This document shows positions 20,954-31,740 of a stretch of 64,000 nucleotides of DNA, in pieces (position 1 is the stretch's first letter; the number at the start of each line of letters is the position of its first letter). The notes beneath the pieces were generated by a model. That model saw nothing but the letters and a program-made list of their open reading frames with translations. It was not told the origin of the DNA and searched no databases. The translations under genes were made by a program, and so were the position numbers. Source of the DNA: an uncultured delta proteobacterium (GTDB lineage: Bacteria; Desulfobacterota; Binatia; UBA9968); the NCBI GenBank assembly GCA_963840855.1, contig CAWJBB010000050.1, positions 64,001 through 128,000 of the forward strand, written 5' to 3'.

Positions 20954-22035
20954 AGAGCGGCAGCGGCGCCATGCCCGGAAGGTCGAGCTGATCTGCGAAC
21001 ATCCGACTGCAGCCGACGCGTTCGAGGCGATGGCGCGCTGGGCGGCGCAAAGCGCGACGATGGGGGGAAGTGTCATCGAGTGCCGGCGTCTAAGGCCTCT
21101 GGGCAGCGGCCACCGCTCGCTCGTAGAACGCCGTGGCGCTCTCGCACATCTTCAAATACTCCTCGACCGTCGTGCCGAGCCGAGCCATCTCTATCTGAAT
21201 GAATCGCGCCAGGAACGCGTCACAGCCATCCATGCGCGTCGTCAGTTGGAAATTCGTGAGGGAGAAAAAAACCCCGCTAACGCCCCACTCATCTTCCCGG
21301 CGGTTGGGAGCGTGATGCTGGTGTCATCTGTTGGCGTCGCGGATCTGGCGGCCTGCTGTTCGGCGAGCGCGAGCTTGCGCTTTTCGAGTTCGAGGCGCTG
21401 TCCCGCAAGTTCGGCCTCGCGCCGCTCGACACGAATCCGTTCGGCTGCGCCTGTAGCGCCGGCCCCCTGCGCCTACGAGTTGCGCATGAATCGGTGTGCC
21501 GATCGCCGTGAGGAGCGTCGCCGTGAGCACGATGGGACGGAGCAGGGTACGCACCACGGACCGAACTGCATAGCACAGTCGCCCGATGTAGCCGCTCACC
21601 TCGGGACGACGAGTCGCCACCCGACGCGTCCGTCGTCGTCAGCTACGGTCGCTAGACCCACATGAACGTGAGATCCATCCTGTGGCTCGATAAACTCACC
21701 TTGCCGAGGAGAATCGAGGTATAGCCAGTTAATTCAAAAAACCTCTTACCGAAGTCGGAAGCAGATGATCCAGCTCTGTGCGAAGTTGACATAAGACCAC
21801 CTTATCGGATAGTCTCCGGCCAAAGTGACGAATGGAGGCTGCTTTTCTTTGTCCGACTCGCTATCGGCCTGTTGACACCTGGCTCGCAAGCGGCTGATGG
21901 AGCCGGGTTTCAGTTATTCGCGTCGAGATCCAAAAAGCAAATTCCTATCATTCTATCATTTCGTTGGTGCTGCCGTGCTTGCGCGGATGGTTTAGTGTGT
22001 CGTTGCGTTTCAGCCTGCTGATTTGGAGGGCCGTC

Positions 22036-22992
22036 ATGGCGAGCTATATCAACGTCATCAACAACTGGAACAATGGGCAGGGACGGCTCACGGCATACTT
22101 GCACGGATTCGATGTCGGCAGTCATGTGCTGCGCTCCGAGCACAAGACGTGGCTACAGCAGATCGCCTCCGACATTCTCACGACGGGCGCCTTCAAGATG
22201 GCCACGAAGACGAACGCGTTCTGCTGCGTCTGGCTGCTCGGAACAGCGAGTCGAACTGCTCCGAACGCGACGAACGACAGGTTGTCCAAGGACCGAGCAA
22301 ACGAGGTCAAGAAGACGCTCGACTCGCTGCTCGCGAAGAAAGTGGCCTGTGTCATCAAGGAGACCGGCCTTGGCGAGACCATCCCGTTTCTGCAGGGAAA
22401 GCGCGATGGAACCGAGGATCCGCTCGACCGCTCGGTGCTGCTCGTCGCGGAATGGCACACGATTCCGAATTCACAGCCACCGATCATCAAGCGGCCCGAC
22501 CCCGCGACCAAGCCCATCGAAGCCGAGTTCCATGTCTGGGCACTGCGCCATACGGTCATCCTCGCGAAGAAGTGGGAAGTCCACCTCATTGCGAAATGGA
22601 GCGCAGCCCCGAAACCTTTGTATCGAGGTTGGCAGTTCACGGTGAGCGGTCTCGCGGTCAGCCCCGAGGACGTCGTGGACGCACCTCCGGGTGTTTCGCA
22701 GGACGGCATGTATGCCGGTCCAGCGAAGATCGGCTTTCCGTCCGCGAAGTCGCTCGACGGCCTCGACAACAAGAAGATCACGATGCGAACGCAAGGCAGC
22801 ACGCTCGTAGTCAGCATCAAAAGCGCGCTGGCGAACGGCAAGGATCTCGACCTGAGAATGCCGAGCACGACGGAGTGGGAGCTGTCTCAAGTCGGCGGGG
22901 GGTTGGGCAAAGGAAAGCCGCTGTCGGAGCGAGAGCAAGCGGAAGTGGAGGAAGCCTTGAGGATGCTGCGGGGCGAGGGGATTCCGACCTGA
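22036..22992 (+). CDS. OmpA-like domain protein
   Basis: FDVGSHVL...LLGTASRT...NDRLSKDRANEV...GLGE...DRSV; RBS ggagg. Confidence 0.65.
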   Translation: MASYINVINNWNNGQGRLTAYLHGFDVGSHVLRSEHKTWLQQIASDILTTGAFKMATKTNAFCCVWLLGTASRTAPNATNDRLSKDRANEVKKTLDSLLAKKVACVIKETGLGETIPFLQGKRDGTEDPLDRSVLLVAEWHTIPNSQPPIIKRPDPATKPIEAEFHVWALRHTVILAKKWEVHLIAKWSAAPKPLYRGWQFTVSGLAVSPEDVVDAPPGVSQDGMYAGPAKIGFPSAKSLDGLDNKKITMRTQGSTLVVSIKSALANGKDLDLRMPSTTEWELSQVGGGLGKGKPLSEREQAEVEEALRMLRGEGIPT

Positions 22993-23133
22993 CGACCCGG
23001 CAAATAGCGGATCGCCGTGTCGTCGACATCGGATCGCACCGCGACGAGTGAAAACTCGGCGCGCATTGCAACGGCCGCCCATGCGCTCGAGGCTATTGCA
23101 TCTCGTTTCAGAGCGGGCGATGAAAGTCCTGAG

Positions 23134-23200
23134 TGTATAGGAAATTTAACCCACCTTTTTTCTGCCCGGAGCTATATCGCTGAACTGGCGAGCCTGTCAG
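23134..23200 (-). mobile_element. Divergent repeat B / oriIS-like end in inverted orientation
   Basis: Minus strand reads ctgaca...gcgatatagctccgggcagaaaaaaggtgggttaaatttcctataca. Confidence 0.65.
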
Positions 23201-23461
23201 GAAGATGAAAAATTCACCCAAGAAATTCGAATCGACCGCATGACAGGCAACTACGAATGGAAAAGCCGCATAAAGCCCGATGTCCGAAACGGAGTGGATC
23301 AGTGGGGAAAATGCTCTCCCTGCATTGCAAAAAAGCAGTTCTGAGTTATCCGCAGGGCGCCGCGCCTGCTGTTGGAGACTATCCACTGTTCCAGCTCGCC
23401 ATTTATCCGCTCATTCCGTGATGCGCTTTTGCGTGGATCGAGACAATAGGTGACCGAAAGA

Positions 23462-24126
23462 CTAACAGTCCATAGGGCGCTCCCTGGTGATGGCAGCAAA
23501 GGCGTTTTCCAAGTCGCCTAGCCGTTCCAGCTCTACGGATTGAAGCTTAACGTCTAAAGTCTTGGCAGCCCCTTCGGTCTCTTTGAACTGCTGTCTCTGG
23601 CCCAAAAGGAGCTTCTGGACAGCTTCCTTCAGCAGCTCAATTCGTTTTAGGACTGTCTCTGGCGAGCGCGACGAAGCCGTCGTGACTATCGTATAGGTGC
23701 GCAAGAAACTTCCATCTGGTTGCTTCCAGGTATCCCATAAGCCGGCGAACGCGAACGGTTCACCTGACTTGAGCTTGAAGCGCATGGGAACCTTGCCCTT
23801 TCCTTCCTTCCGCCATTCGTAAAAACCATCGGCTAGAACGAGACAGCGGCGATTCCCCAGCAGCGCCTTGAAAGCCGTTTCTCGGCGAGCGTTTCAGCGC
23901 GAGCGTTGATCATCCTGTTACCGATCGCCGGATCTTTAGCCCACCATGGAATCAACCCCCACCGAAACATCTCAAGGTTTCGTTTTCCCGCGGCTTGAAC
24001 AATTACGGGCGCTTCTTGAGTCGGAGCGATATTGTAGCGGGGCTTTAAATCAAAGACTTCGTCGACATCCCAGGTAAGGCGAAGGTCGGAAAATTCAGCG
24101 GGAAAATACGTGTAGCGACCGCACAT
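23462..24126 (-). pseudogene. SRAP (SOS response-associated peptidase/HMCES-like) pseudogene, 3' end fused to an internal SBP fragment
   Basis: MCGRY, RYNIAPTQ, INARAET, frameshift, FAFAGLW...TIVTT, then KRIELLKEAV...DLENAFAAITRERP (SBP-like). Confidence 0.85.
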
Positions 24127-24195
24127 AAACCTTGTCCTTGCCCCGTTTGCGAAAGCGGAAACCTCTGGGGCAAACCCGCATACCACCCAAACGAT

Positions 24196-24633
24196 CTAGC
24201 GATGAATACCTGCACCCGCCTGCGTGAGACCCAATTCCTTATAGGCTTGGTTAAAACAAAATGCGTAAGTGCGGTTTTGGCTCTGGCCAAGGCATTTGCT
24301 GAGCCTATCCTTCACATGTTCGAACACCGCCGTCTCTGAGCGTATCGTAACTGTATGGGTCTGTTCCTTTTTGATATCGCCGCCCAAGGTAACGACCTTG
24401 AGATTAACGCTTCCTGTTGCGCCTTTCTCGACGACAAATGTGATACTCATTTCGAAGTCCTTTACGAGAAACATCGGGACGAGGTCGGCTTGAGTCTGAC
24501 GCCTTTGCGCCTCAATCAAGCCATTTCGAACAGCAAGAACCAAATCAGCGATATTAATTGCGTCTTGGGCAGACGAAGTGCCTACTCCTCCCACAATCAG
24601 CACAAATAAAGAAGCCACAGATCTAAGTTTCAT
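24196..24633 (-). CDS. Secreted Trypco2-like domain protein
   Basis: Signal peptide; IADLVLAVRNGL...FLVKDFEMSITFVVEKGATGSVNLKVVTLGG...THTVTI. Confidence 0.65.
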   Translation of the reverse strand: MKLRSVASLFVLIVGGVGTSSAQDAINIADLVLAVRNGLIEAQRRQTQADLVPMFLVKDFEMSITFVVEKGATGSVNLKVVTLGGDIKKEQTHTVTIRSETAVFEHVKDRLSKCLGQSQNRTYAFCFNQAYKELGLTQAGAGIHR

Positions 24634-24734
24634 GCCTCACCTCATGTAGTTGGCCGTTCTCGGCTTACGCGGGGCCTAGTGTATAACGTCTTATCCTCCA
24701 AAGTCCGAACACAATCAATCCCTGGAGCACTCGC

Positions 24735-24938
24735 CTAATTTCCATCCCAAAAAACTCGGCCAACCCGCGCATGCCCTGATCGAACCTGATACCAGTATCT
24801 TGAAATCGTACGACTTCCACCACGGAGCCCAGGCGGCCGTCTTTGAGGATCTTTCCGAAGGGGATGCCAATAATGGGTATAAGGCGGCCCAGGAACGGCG
24901 CTGCCGGTGATCCAATAGCCTTTGTAGCGTTCCATCAT
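24735..24938 (-). pseudogene. Frameshifted copy of the small SRAP-coupled ORF
   Basis: MMERYKGYWITGSAVPGPPYTHYWHP identical to 38283..38522, then out of frame. Confidence 0.75.
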
Positions 24939-25611
24939 AGCAGTTTGCCTTCAGCCGAGAGGATGCATTCCGGCGAGTCATTTCGGGGATTGTTCACGAT
25001 CGGTGGTACGTCGTAGCCTTCCATCTTTTCCGGCGGATATGGTTTCAGCAAAGTGAGCGCGTGGGCGATTTCGTCGCCAACCGCAATCCATTTCAGGGCG
25101 TCGTCGTTACTCAGCATAGCGGGCATCCGGTCATGGATCGGGCGTAGCACGTCGTTGGGTTCCGTCGTGACAATCGTATAGGTGCGCAAGAGATTTCCAT
25201 CCGGTTGTTTCCAGCTATCCCACAAACCGGCGAACGCGAACGGCTCTCCAGACTTGAGCTTGAAGCGCATGGGGGCTATTCGCTTTCCTCCTTTCCGCCA
25301 CTCGTAAAAGCCATCGGCAAGAACGAGACAGCGGCGATTCCCCAGCAGCGCCTTGAAAGCCGTTTCTCGGCGAGCGTTTCAGCGCGGGCGTTTATCATCC
25401 TGTTTCCAATGGCCGGATCTTTGGCCCACCAGGGAATCAATCCCCAGCGGAACAGCTTAAGGGTTCGTTTTCCCGCCGCTTGAACGATCACGGGCGCTTC
25501 TTGAGTCGGGGCGATGTTATAGCGGGGCTTTAAATCAAAGACTTCGTCGACATCCCAGATAAGGCGAAGATCGGAGAATTCACGGGGAAAATAGGTATAA
25601 CGACCGCACAT
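24935..25611 (-). pseudogene. SRAP pseudogene (single frameshift)
   Basis: Two ORFs, 25276..25611 and 24935..25270, jointly align to the intact 38519..39196. Confidence 0.88.
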
Positions 25612-25635
25612 GCTGTTGTTTCATATCGCTATGCC

Positions 25636-25832
25636 GGACCGCGGTCAAATTCTCCCCGCGCATCATGCAGAAGGCGCGCAGGGACTACGGACAGGAATTT
25701 TGGTGGACGCCGGGCGACCCTACGCCGGCCAGGGCGCCGGATGTGGAGGCGGCGGTGGCAGACTGAAAAGATCGGATAACTATCGACCTGTCGGCACTTA
25801 GAATATCGAGAACGTTGCGGGCCACTGAAACG
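25636..25832. repeat. Repeat C: ~200-bp element upstream of SRAP
   Basis: Near-identical to 39218-39416; partial copy at ~27590-27683. Confidence 0.85.
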
Positions 25833-26428
25833 CACTTATGAACGAAGTCTGCCTCGAGTCTGCCGAACGGATGACCTTTCGCCATGACCACCTCTTTGAT
25901 TCTATCCCGCATGGCACACTCGTCCATGGCCAAACCGTGATCCTTATGATACTGACTGACGAACTCGTAAAATTTCGCCGTATCGGTATCGTTTAAGGAA
26001 TCCCATGTGCTTGGGCTAACCCAATGGTCCAACGCTCGCTCTGTAAGCGATGAAAATATCATAATTGTGGATAGGGGTATCGGTTCAGTTTGATGCGATT
26101 GATTTACTCTTTTGTAATGCGGCTCGGCTGAATGATTTTTTGACTTTGTCTCAGCAGCTCAATGTCTTCCAAATATTTGTGACTGGTTACAACGTTTAGA
26201 ATCTAACAACCTTTTTTGTGTGATCGTCGATATCGTGCAAGTTGTCCGGCCCTAGAGCAATCCGATCCTCTGGGAGCAAGCCTTGTGCCGTCTTATGCGG
26301 AAATATGGATTGCTTGCTTTTCAGGAGGTTACAGATGAAGCTCGCCGGGGTGTCCCACATCAGAGAAATTGAACGTGACTGAATGTCCGAGTTATGAGAA
26401 TCGGTCTTCCTTGTAAGAGTAAGTTCGC

Positions 26429-26746
26429 TCAATTCGCGCTGAGGGAATAACGCTGGTATCTATTATTCGAAAAAAAAATTACCACGCGATTGAAAGTTTT
26501 ATCGGTCTGTGGATCGTAAATCAGCAATCGCTTATATAGCCATGTATCATCATTCGGGGTAGATGAGGTAACGTCATCCGGTTTGCCGAGAATCTTTACA
26601 ATCTCCTCTTTAGTTTTACCGATAAGCCACTTTTCAGATTCGTCCCTCGTATAACGCCGTGAATCGGTGCTGAGAGCGTGCGAAGCCCAGAGGAAAATGA
26701 ACAGGGCAGCTATGAGCCCCATCCGATGTACGTTTATTGTTGCCAT
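26429..26746 (-). CDS. Secreted BamE/SmpA-like domain protein
   Basis: Signal peptide; LIGKTKEEIVKILGKPD...WLY. Confidence 0.65.
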   Translation of the reverse strand: MATINVHRMGLIAALFIFLWASHALSTDSRRYTRDESEKWLIGKTKEEIVKILGKPDDVTSSTPNDDTWLYKRLLIYDPQTDKTFNRVVIFFSNNRYQRYSLSAN

Positions 26747-27074
26747 AGCTAAAACTCAATTTCTGGCCGATTGTGACGCAATTTTAGTGCCACAAATTGG
26801 AGATATATTTTGCCACTGATCAGGGAATCGATCATCGATGTTGCCGCCTCCGGTGCCAGAATAGCCAGCCAATCAATAGCGGGATTAAGATACCAACCCG
26901 CGCTGCCAAGGAAGCAAATGTTACAATTCCCATTGTTGAGTTTGCCTGATCAGCAACCTGCTGACCGATATATTACAATCCCGAAAAACCCGCTTTTGCA
27001 CGAGATCTAGCCCTTTGATCATCGCCTTGTCAATCCGGTCTTATCATTCCCCTCACATTCGTCACCCAAAGGCA

Positions 27075-27338
27075 CGGTTTCAGCAAAGTGAGGGCATGGG
27101 CGATTTCGTCATCAACAGCAAGCCATTTGACGGCTTCGTCGTTGCTCAGCATGGCGGGCATCCGGTTATGGATCCGCCGCAACACGTCGTTGGGGTCCGT
27201 CGTGACAATCGTGTAGGTACGCAATAGATTTCCATCCGGTTGTTTCCAGGTAGCTTTAAACCGAAGATTTCGTCGACATTCCAGGTAAAGCGAAGGTCGG
27301 AAAATTCACGGGGGAAATAGGTGTAACGGCCCGCACAT
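27075..27338 (-). pseudogene. Internally deleted SRAP remnant
   Basis: SRAP start segment (..GRYTYFPREFSDLRFTWNVDEIFGLK) joined directly to the WKQPDG..RTYTIVTT..HNRMPAML segment. Confidence 0.8.
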
Positions 27339-27772
27339 GATGGGCAGGTATTAGTTCGGGCCAATAGGAAATCAAGGCGCGCGGGATAGGGGCGGCGATC
27401 ACGAATTAGACTCAAAGAGCAATCTCGCCATGAATTGCGATCTGCAGCAATCTGCCGGCAGCTTGAGCCCAATCTAACTTAAGCGGCTTGATTTCGTTCT
27501 TGTAGGCTTCGCTTGATAGATGGCGCTTCAGTTCTTTCTCGTCGGTTACAGGCATCGTTCATTTTCCTTTCTATGTCCTGGTGACGTTGTGCCGGCGAGG
27601 GCGCCGGAGTTAGGGGCGGCGGTGGCAGACTGAAAAGATTTGGATGACTATCGACCTGTCGCACTTAGAAAGTCGAGAACGTTAGAGCAATGACATTTAT
27701 TCTTGTGTTCAACTGTTTAGTATCGCGGCGCGGCTCTGCTGAATGATTTTTTCACTTTGTCTCAGCAGCTTT

Positions 27773-28057
27773 TTAATTTTTTTCAAAAGTTGATGACTGG
27801 TTGTATTTAAACGTTTCGATTGAGCCAACGTTTATTCTATATCGTGCATTTGTCCGACTCCTAGAGCAAGAGATTTCCTGCAATTTTCTTATGTTGTGAC
27901 CCCATGCCGGTTGACGCTCGCGCATAATATCCCGGCGCGCCTGAAACCAGGTCCCTTTGGGCCAGTCCCAGTTGCAGTGGGGTAGCTCGTCCTCGTCGTA
28001 GTATCCGCTATTTACCGGGCTCTGCGTGAAAATGTTCTGCCAAGTATCAGCAGCCAT
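27773..28057 (-). CDS. Hypothetical protein
   Basis: 94-aa ORF with RBS aaggagga; its 3' part is homologous to ~26160-26260. Confidence 0.45.
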   Translation of the reverse strand: MAADTWQNIFTQSPVNSGYYDEDELPHCNWDWPKGTWFQARRDIMRERQPAWGHNIRKLQEISCSRSRTNARYRINVGSIETFKYNQSSTFEKN

Positions 28058-28401
28058 CGGGCTTTCCTCCTTTATAAGGTTTACGTTTGGAGAAATCCAA
28101 ATATATCATCAATCTAGGCCGCAAGTTCGATGCCGTTGCTTACGGCCCGATAAAGGAACGTATCCCGATGGTGTTTTTATCTCTGTTCAGAATTGGACCG
28201 TTTTGAAATATAATTTGAGCAGCAACCCTATACGCGCGGATGCGCCGGAGTTAGGGGGGCGGTTGGAGATTAGTAGCGTGGGCTTCGTTTTTGATAAAAC
28301 GTCAAGCGTGCATTTAAGGAGCCAACGAGGCTGTTGTATATCGAAGAACCAAGCGGAAACAAAACTTTTTGCGAGCGTTCGGTTGTACCCTGGACAAGCA
28401 T

Positions 28402-28485
28402 CTACGCCTGCTGCGCTTCGGCTGCAACTCCAAGAGCAAGCAAGACCACTACGAAAAGGATTGATGGCACCGCAGCCTTCTTCAT
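28402..28485 (-). pseudogene. SBP signal-peptide-only remnant (MKKAAVPSILFVVVLLALGVAAEAQQA*)
   Basis: Matches the paralog N-terminus; conserved leader upstream. Confidence 0.85.
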
Positions 28486-28595
28486 TGCGCACCTCGTTTC
28501 GAGCGTTTTGTATCACGCGGATACAGATAAAGGAAAGTGTGATTTACGGCGGAAGGCGATAGGGATTGGTCAAATAAGAAGGCAAGGGCCACCCT

Positions 28596-28664
28596 GAGAA
28601 TTGAACTGTACGCAACAGTCTCGTCTTGTAGGATGAAGTCGTAGGAGAATTCAGTTCAATCCTG
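28596..28664. repeat. Palindrome A, divergent spacer
   Basis: attgaactgt...ggagaattcagttcaatcctg. Confidence 0.8.
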
Positions 28665-28688
28665 GCAGGGCTGCTTGGTTTTCTGCCA

Positions 28689-28815
28689 TCACTTGATCAG
28701 CCTACTCGCCCGGGCAAGCACCTCCGGCGGTATCAGACCGATCTGTTTTGCGGTTTTGAGATTTATCACCAGCTCGAACTTTGTCGGCTGCTCCACAGGC
28801 AGGTCGCCTGGCTTG
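28689..28815 (-). pseudogene. SBP C-terminal remnant
   Basis: [40 protein letters not shown]. Confidence 0.85.
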
Positions 28816-28876
28816 CAGTGGAGATGTGATGAGTTAGCATGAACAGAGCAATTCATCATTAATGCGGAGGTGATCT

Positions 28877-29188
28877 ATGCGATTTCTAGTCAAGGTGAAC
28901 ATTCCTGTCGAAGCCGGGAACAGGGCTGCGAAGGCGGGAAAGCTCGGCACAACCATCCAATCTATACTGGCGGATTTGAAGCCCGAGGCCGTGTATTTCA
29001 CGGACGACAATGGTCAACGGACGGCGTTTCTCTTCCTCGAAATGCAGGACGCTTCGCTGATCCCCGCAATTGCGGAGCCGTGGTTCCTCGCGTTCAATGC
29101 GAGCATTGAGATTCACCCGGTGATGGTACCTGACGACCTTGCTAAGGCTGGAGGCGCGATCGAGCAAGCAGTCAAGAAATACGGCTGA
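28877..29188 (+). CDS. Small hypothetical protein (ferredoxin-like / DUF3303-like fold suspected)
   Basis: RBS ggaggt; LKPEAVYF.DDNGQRTAFLFLEMQDASLIPAIAEPWF. Confidence 0.8.
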   Translation: MRFLVKVNIPVEAGNRAAKAGKLGTTIQSILADLKPEAVYFTDDNGQRTAFLFLEMQDASLIPAIAEPWFLAFNASIEIHPVMVPDDLAKAGGAIEQAVKKYG

Positions 29189-29276
29189 TTGATCGGCGCC
29201 ATCTAACCGCCGCGGGAGCCGATAATTGAGTATGCTATTTTACTTAGTCACGACTCAACGGCATAGCGTTAGCCTT

Positions 29277-29337
29277 GAGATTGAACAACGGACAAATCTC
29301 ACAGGATTTGTTAGACGGCGAATTCAGTTCAATCCTG
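29277..29337. repeat. Palindrome A with a small left deletion
   Basis: gagattgaacaacggacaaatctcacaggatttgttagacggcgaattcagttcaatcctg. Confidence 0.88.
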
Positions 29338-29361
29338 GTATCGCCGCTTCGCTTTCTTTGC

Positions 29362-30348
29362 TCACTTGATCACTCTATCCGCTCTCGCCAGCACGTTTGG
29401 TGGAATCGTCAGGCCGATCTGCTTGGCGGCTTTGAGATTGATGATGAAGTCGAACTTCTTCGGCTGCTCCACCGGGAGATCGGCAGGCTTGGCGCCTTTG
29501 AGAATCTTGTCAACATAGGTCGCGGCGCGGCGGAACAAGTCGGTAATGCTCACGCTATAGGTCATAAGCCCGCCGTCCTCTACATTTTCTGGCCAAGAAT
29601 ATATTGCGGGAAGCCGGCTCTTTACCGCGAATTCTGCAGTCTGCGTTCGCTGAGAAAGGAAGACGGGGCTTGTCAACACCAGGACGGCGTCGGCACGCCC
29701 CTTGCTCGAGGCTTGAAATGCACTCTCAATATCCTTCGGAGCTAATACTTCCAGGTACTGAAGCTGCACCTTCAACGCCTCTGCGGCGAGTTCCGTCTCT
29801 TTTAACATTTGTGCCGTGCCCGCTCTGGTCGAATTGCCGATGACGGCCACCCGCGTGAGCTTCGGAACGATCTCTTTCAGAAGCTCTAGTTGCTTTCCGC
29901 TTATCTCCGGGGCGAGAGTCGACAATCCAGTAATATTCCCTCCCGGTCGCGCAAGGCTGGCGACGAACCCCGAGCCGACAGGGTCATCATCAAGCGCCAT
30001 GACAATAGGAATCGTGGAAGTTGCTTCCTTGGCGGGACGGGTAACTGTCGGACCGGCCGAGACGATGATGTCCACCCTGAGACGCACCAGTTCGGCTGCA
30101 AGCTCACTTAGGCGATCTACTTTTCCCTCCGCATATCGCCACTCAATGGCGATGTTTTTCCCCTCCACGTATCCCAACTCGCGTAGCCCCTGCTTGAATG
30201 CCTCGATGCGGGCCGAGATAGTCGAAGGGGAGACAGCGCTTAGGAACCCTAGGCGTGGGACTTTCTTCGCCTGCTGCGCCTCGGCTGTAACTCCAACAGC
30301 AAGCAGTATCACTGCAACCAGGATTGATGGCACCGCAGCTTTCTTCAT
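29362..30348 (-). CDS. ABC-type substrate-binding protein
   Basis: Family motifs as above. Confidence 0.93.
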   Translation of the reverse strand: MKKAAVPSILVAVILLAVGVTAEAQQAKKVPRLGFLSAVSPSTISARIEAFKQGLRELGYVEGKNIAIEWRYAEGKVDRLSELAAELVRLRVDIIVSAGPTVTRPAKEATSTIPIVMALDDDPVGSGFVASLARPGGNITGLSTLAPEISGKQLELLKEIVPKLTRVAVIGNSTRAGTAQMLKETELAAEALKVQLQYLEVLAPKDIESAFQASSKGRADAVLVLTSPVFLSQRTQTAEFAVKSRLPAIYSWPENVEDGGLMTYSVSITDLFRRAATYVDKILKGAKPADLPVEQPKKFDFIINLKAAKQIGLTIPPNVLARADRVIK

Positions 30349-30457
30349 TGCGCACCTTGTTCTTGCGGGTTTTTATCACGGATACGGTAGCTGAGAAAAG
30401 TGTTATTTACGGCAGAAGGAGAACCAGATTCATCGAGGGGGAAAAGGCTAATTTCGA

Positions 30458-30533
30458 CGCAGGATTGAACTGTACGACGCAACGGGCAAATCTCAGAGGA
30501 TTTGTTAGATGGAGAAATCAGTTCAATCCTGCG
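30458..30533. repeat. Palindrome A, full copy
   Basis: cgcaggattgaactg / cagttcaatcctgcg. Confidence 0.9.
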
Positions 30534-30557
30534 ATTCGCTACTAAGTGTTTCTGCCA

Positions 30558-31531
30558 TCACTTGATCACTCTATCCGCTCTCACCAACACATTCGGCGGA
30601 ATCGTCAGGCCGATCTGTTTCGCGGTCTTCAGATTGATGATGAACTCAAACTTCGTCGGCTGCTCCACCGGCAGGTCGGCAGGCTTGGTGCCCTTGAGGA
30701 TCTTGTCTACATAATACGCCGCACGCCTGAAACTTTCAGCTTCGTCGGCTGAATAGGACATCAGGCAACCAGCCTCCACGTAATCACTTCTTTCACACAT
30801 GGATGGTATTCGGTTCTTTATGGCAAGGTCAGCGATTAACTTTCGATGACTAATGGTCACACCCTGGGTATCGACAATGAGCGCGCTCACACGCCCGCTG
30901 GTCGCCACTTGGAATGCTCCCTCGAAATCAGGGTTTGGACCGCGAACCTCTAGCGAGACAATCTGCACCTTTAGTGCACGCGCCGGAGACTCGTAATCTG
31001 TCGTCAATCCACCCAGGACTCCAATGCGCGACACTCCCGGAATCGCCTCGTTAAGCAATTCCAGCCGTTACCGCTTAAGTCCCTGGTGAGTCTCGTGAGC
31101 CCTGTGATATTTCCGCCTGGATGCGCCAAGCTATCGATTAGCCCAAGCGCGACTGGATCGCCGGTAATCATCATCACGATGGGAATCGTCTTGGTCGCCT
31201 GTTTGGCTGCACGGATACCTGAATTAGCTGCGGAGACAAGCACATCGACCTTGAGCTGTACGAGCTCAGCCGCGAAGCCTCGAAGACGTTCCTCCACCCC
31301 CTCAGCATAGCGATACTCGATAAGGATGTTTTTCCCCTCAATATGACCGAGATCCCTTAGCCCTTGGCGGAATGCATTCTCGAACAGATCGGGACTAGTA
31401 GGCGTCGGCTTGACCCTGTTCGACAAAAATCCGATCCGCGGGCCTTTGCCCGGCTGCTGCGCTTCGGCTGTAACTCCAAGAGCAAGCAACACCACTGCAA
31501 TCAGGATTGATGGCACCGCAGCCCTCTTCAT
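30558..31531 (-). pseudogene. ABC-type SBP with a 1-bp frameshift; near-duplicate of 39577..40551
   Basis: 974 bp versus 975 bp; cagccgttacc versus cagccgtttacc at ~31069. Confidence 0.88.
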
Positions 31532-31646
31532 TGCGCACCTCGTTTCGAGCATTATGTATCACGCCGATAGAGATAAAGGAAAGTGTGATTTACGGGCGGA
31601 AGACGACAGGTATTAGTTGAGTGAGAAAACCCGATTTTAAGCCTGA

Positions 31647-31716
31647 GATTGAACTGATCGACGCAACGGGCAAATTTCACAGGTTTTTGTTCGATGGAGA
31701 AATCAGTTCAATTCTG
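31647..31716. repeat. Palindrome A, full copy
   Basis: gattgaactga...aatcagttcaattctg. Confidence 0.88.
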
Positions 31717-31740
31717 GCATCGCTGCTTGGTTTTCTGCCA

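Noticed and set aside
21030-21665. Overlapping GC-rich ORFs
   Set aside because: No RBS or recognisable motif; probably a decayed fragment.
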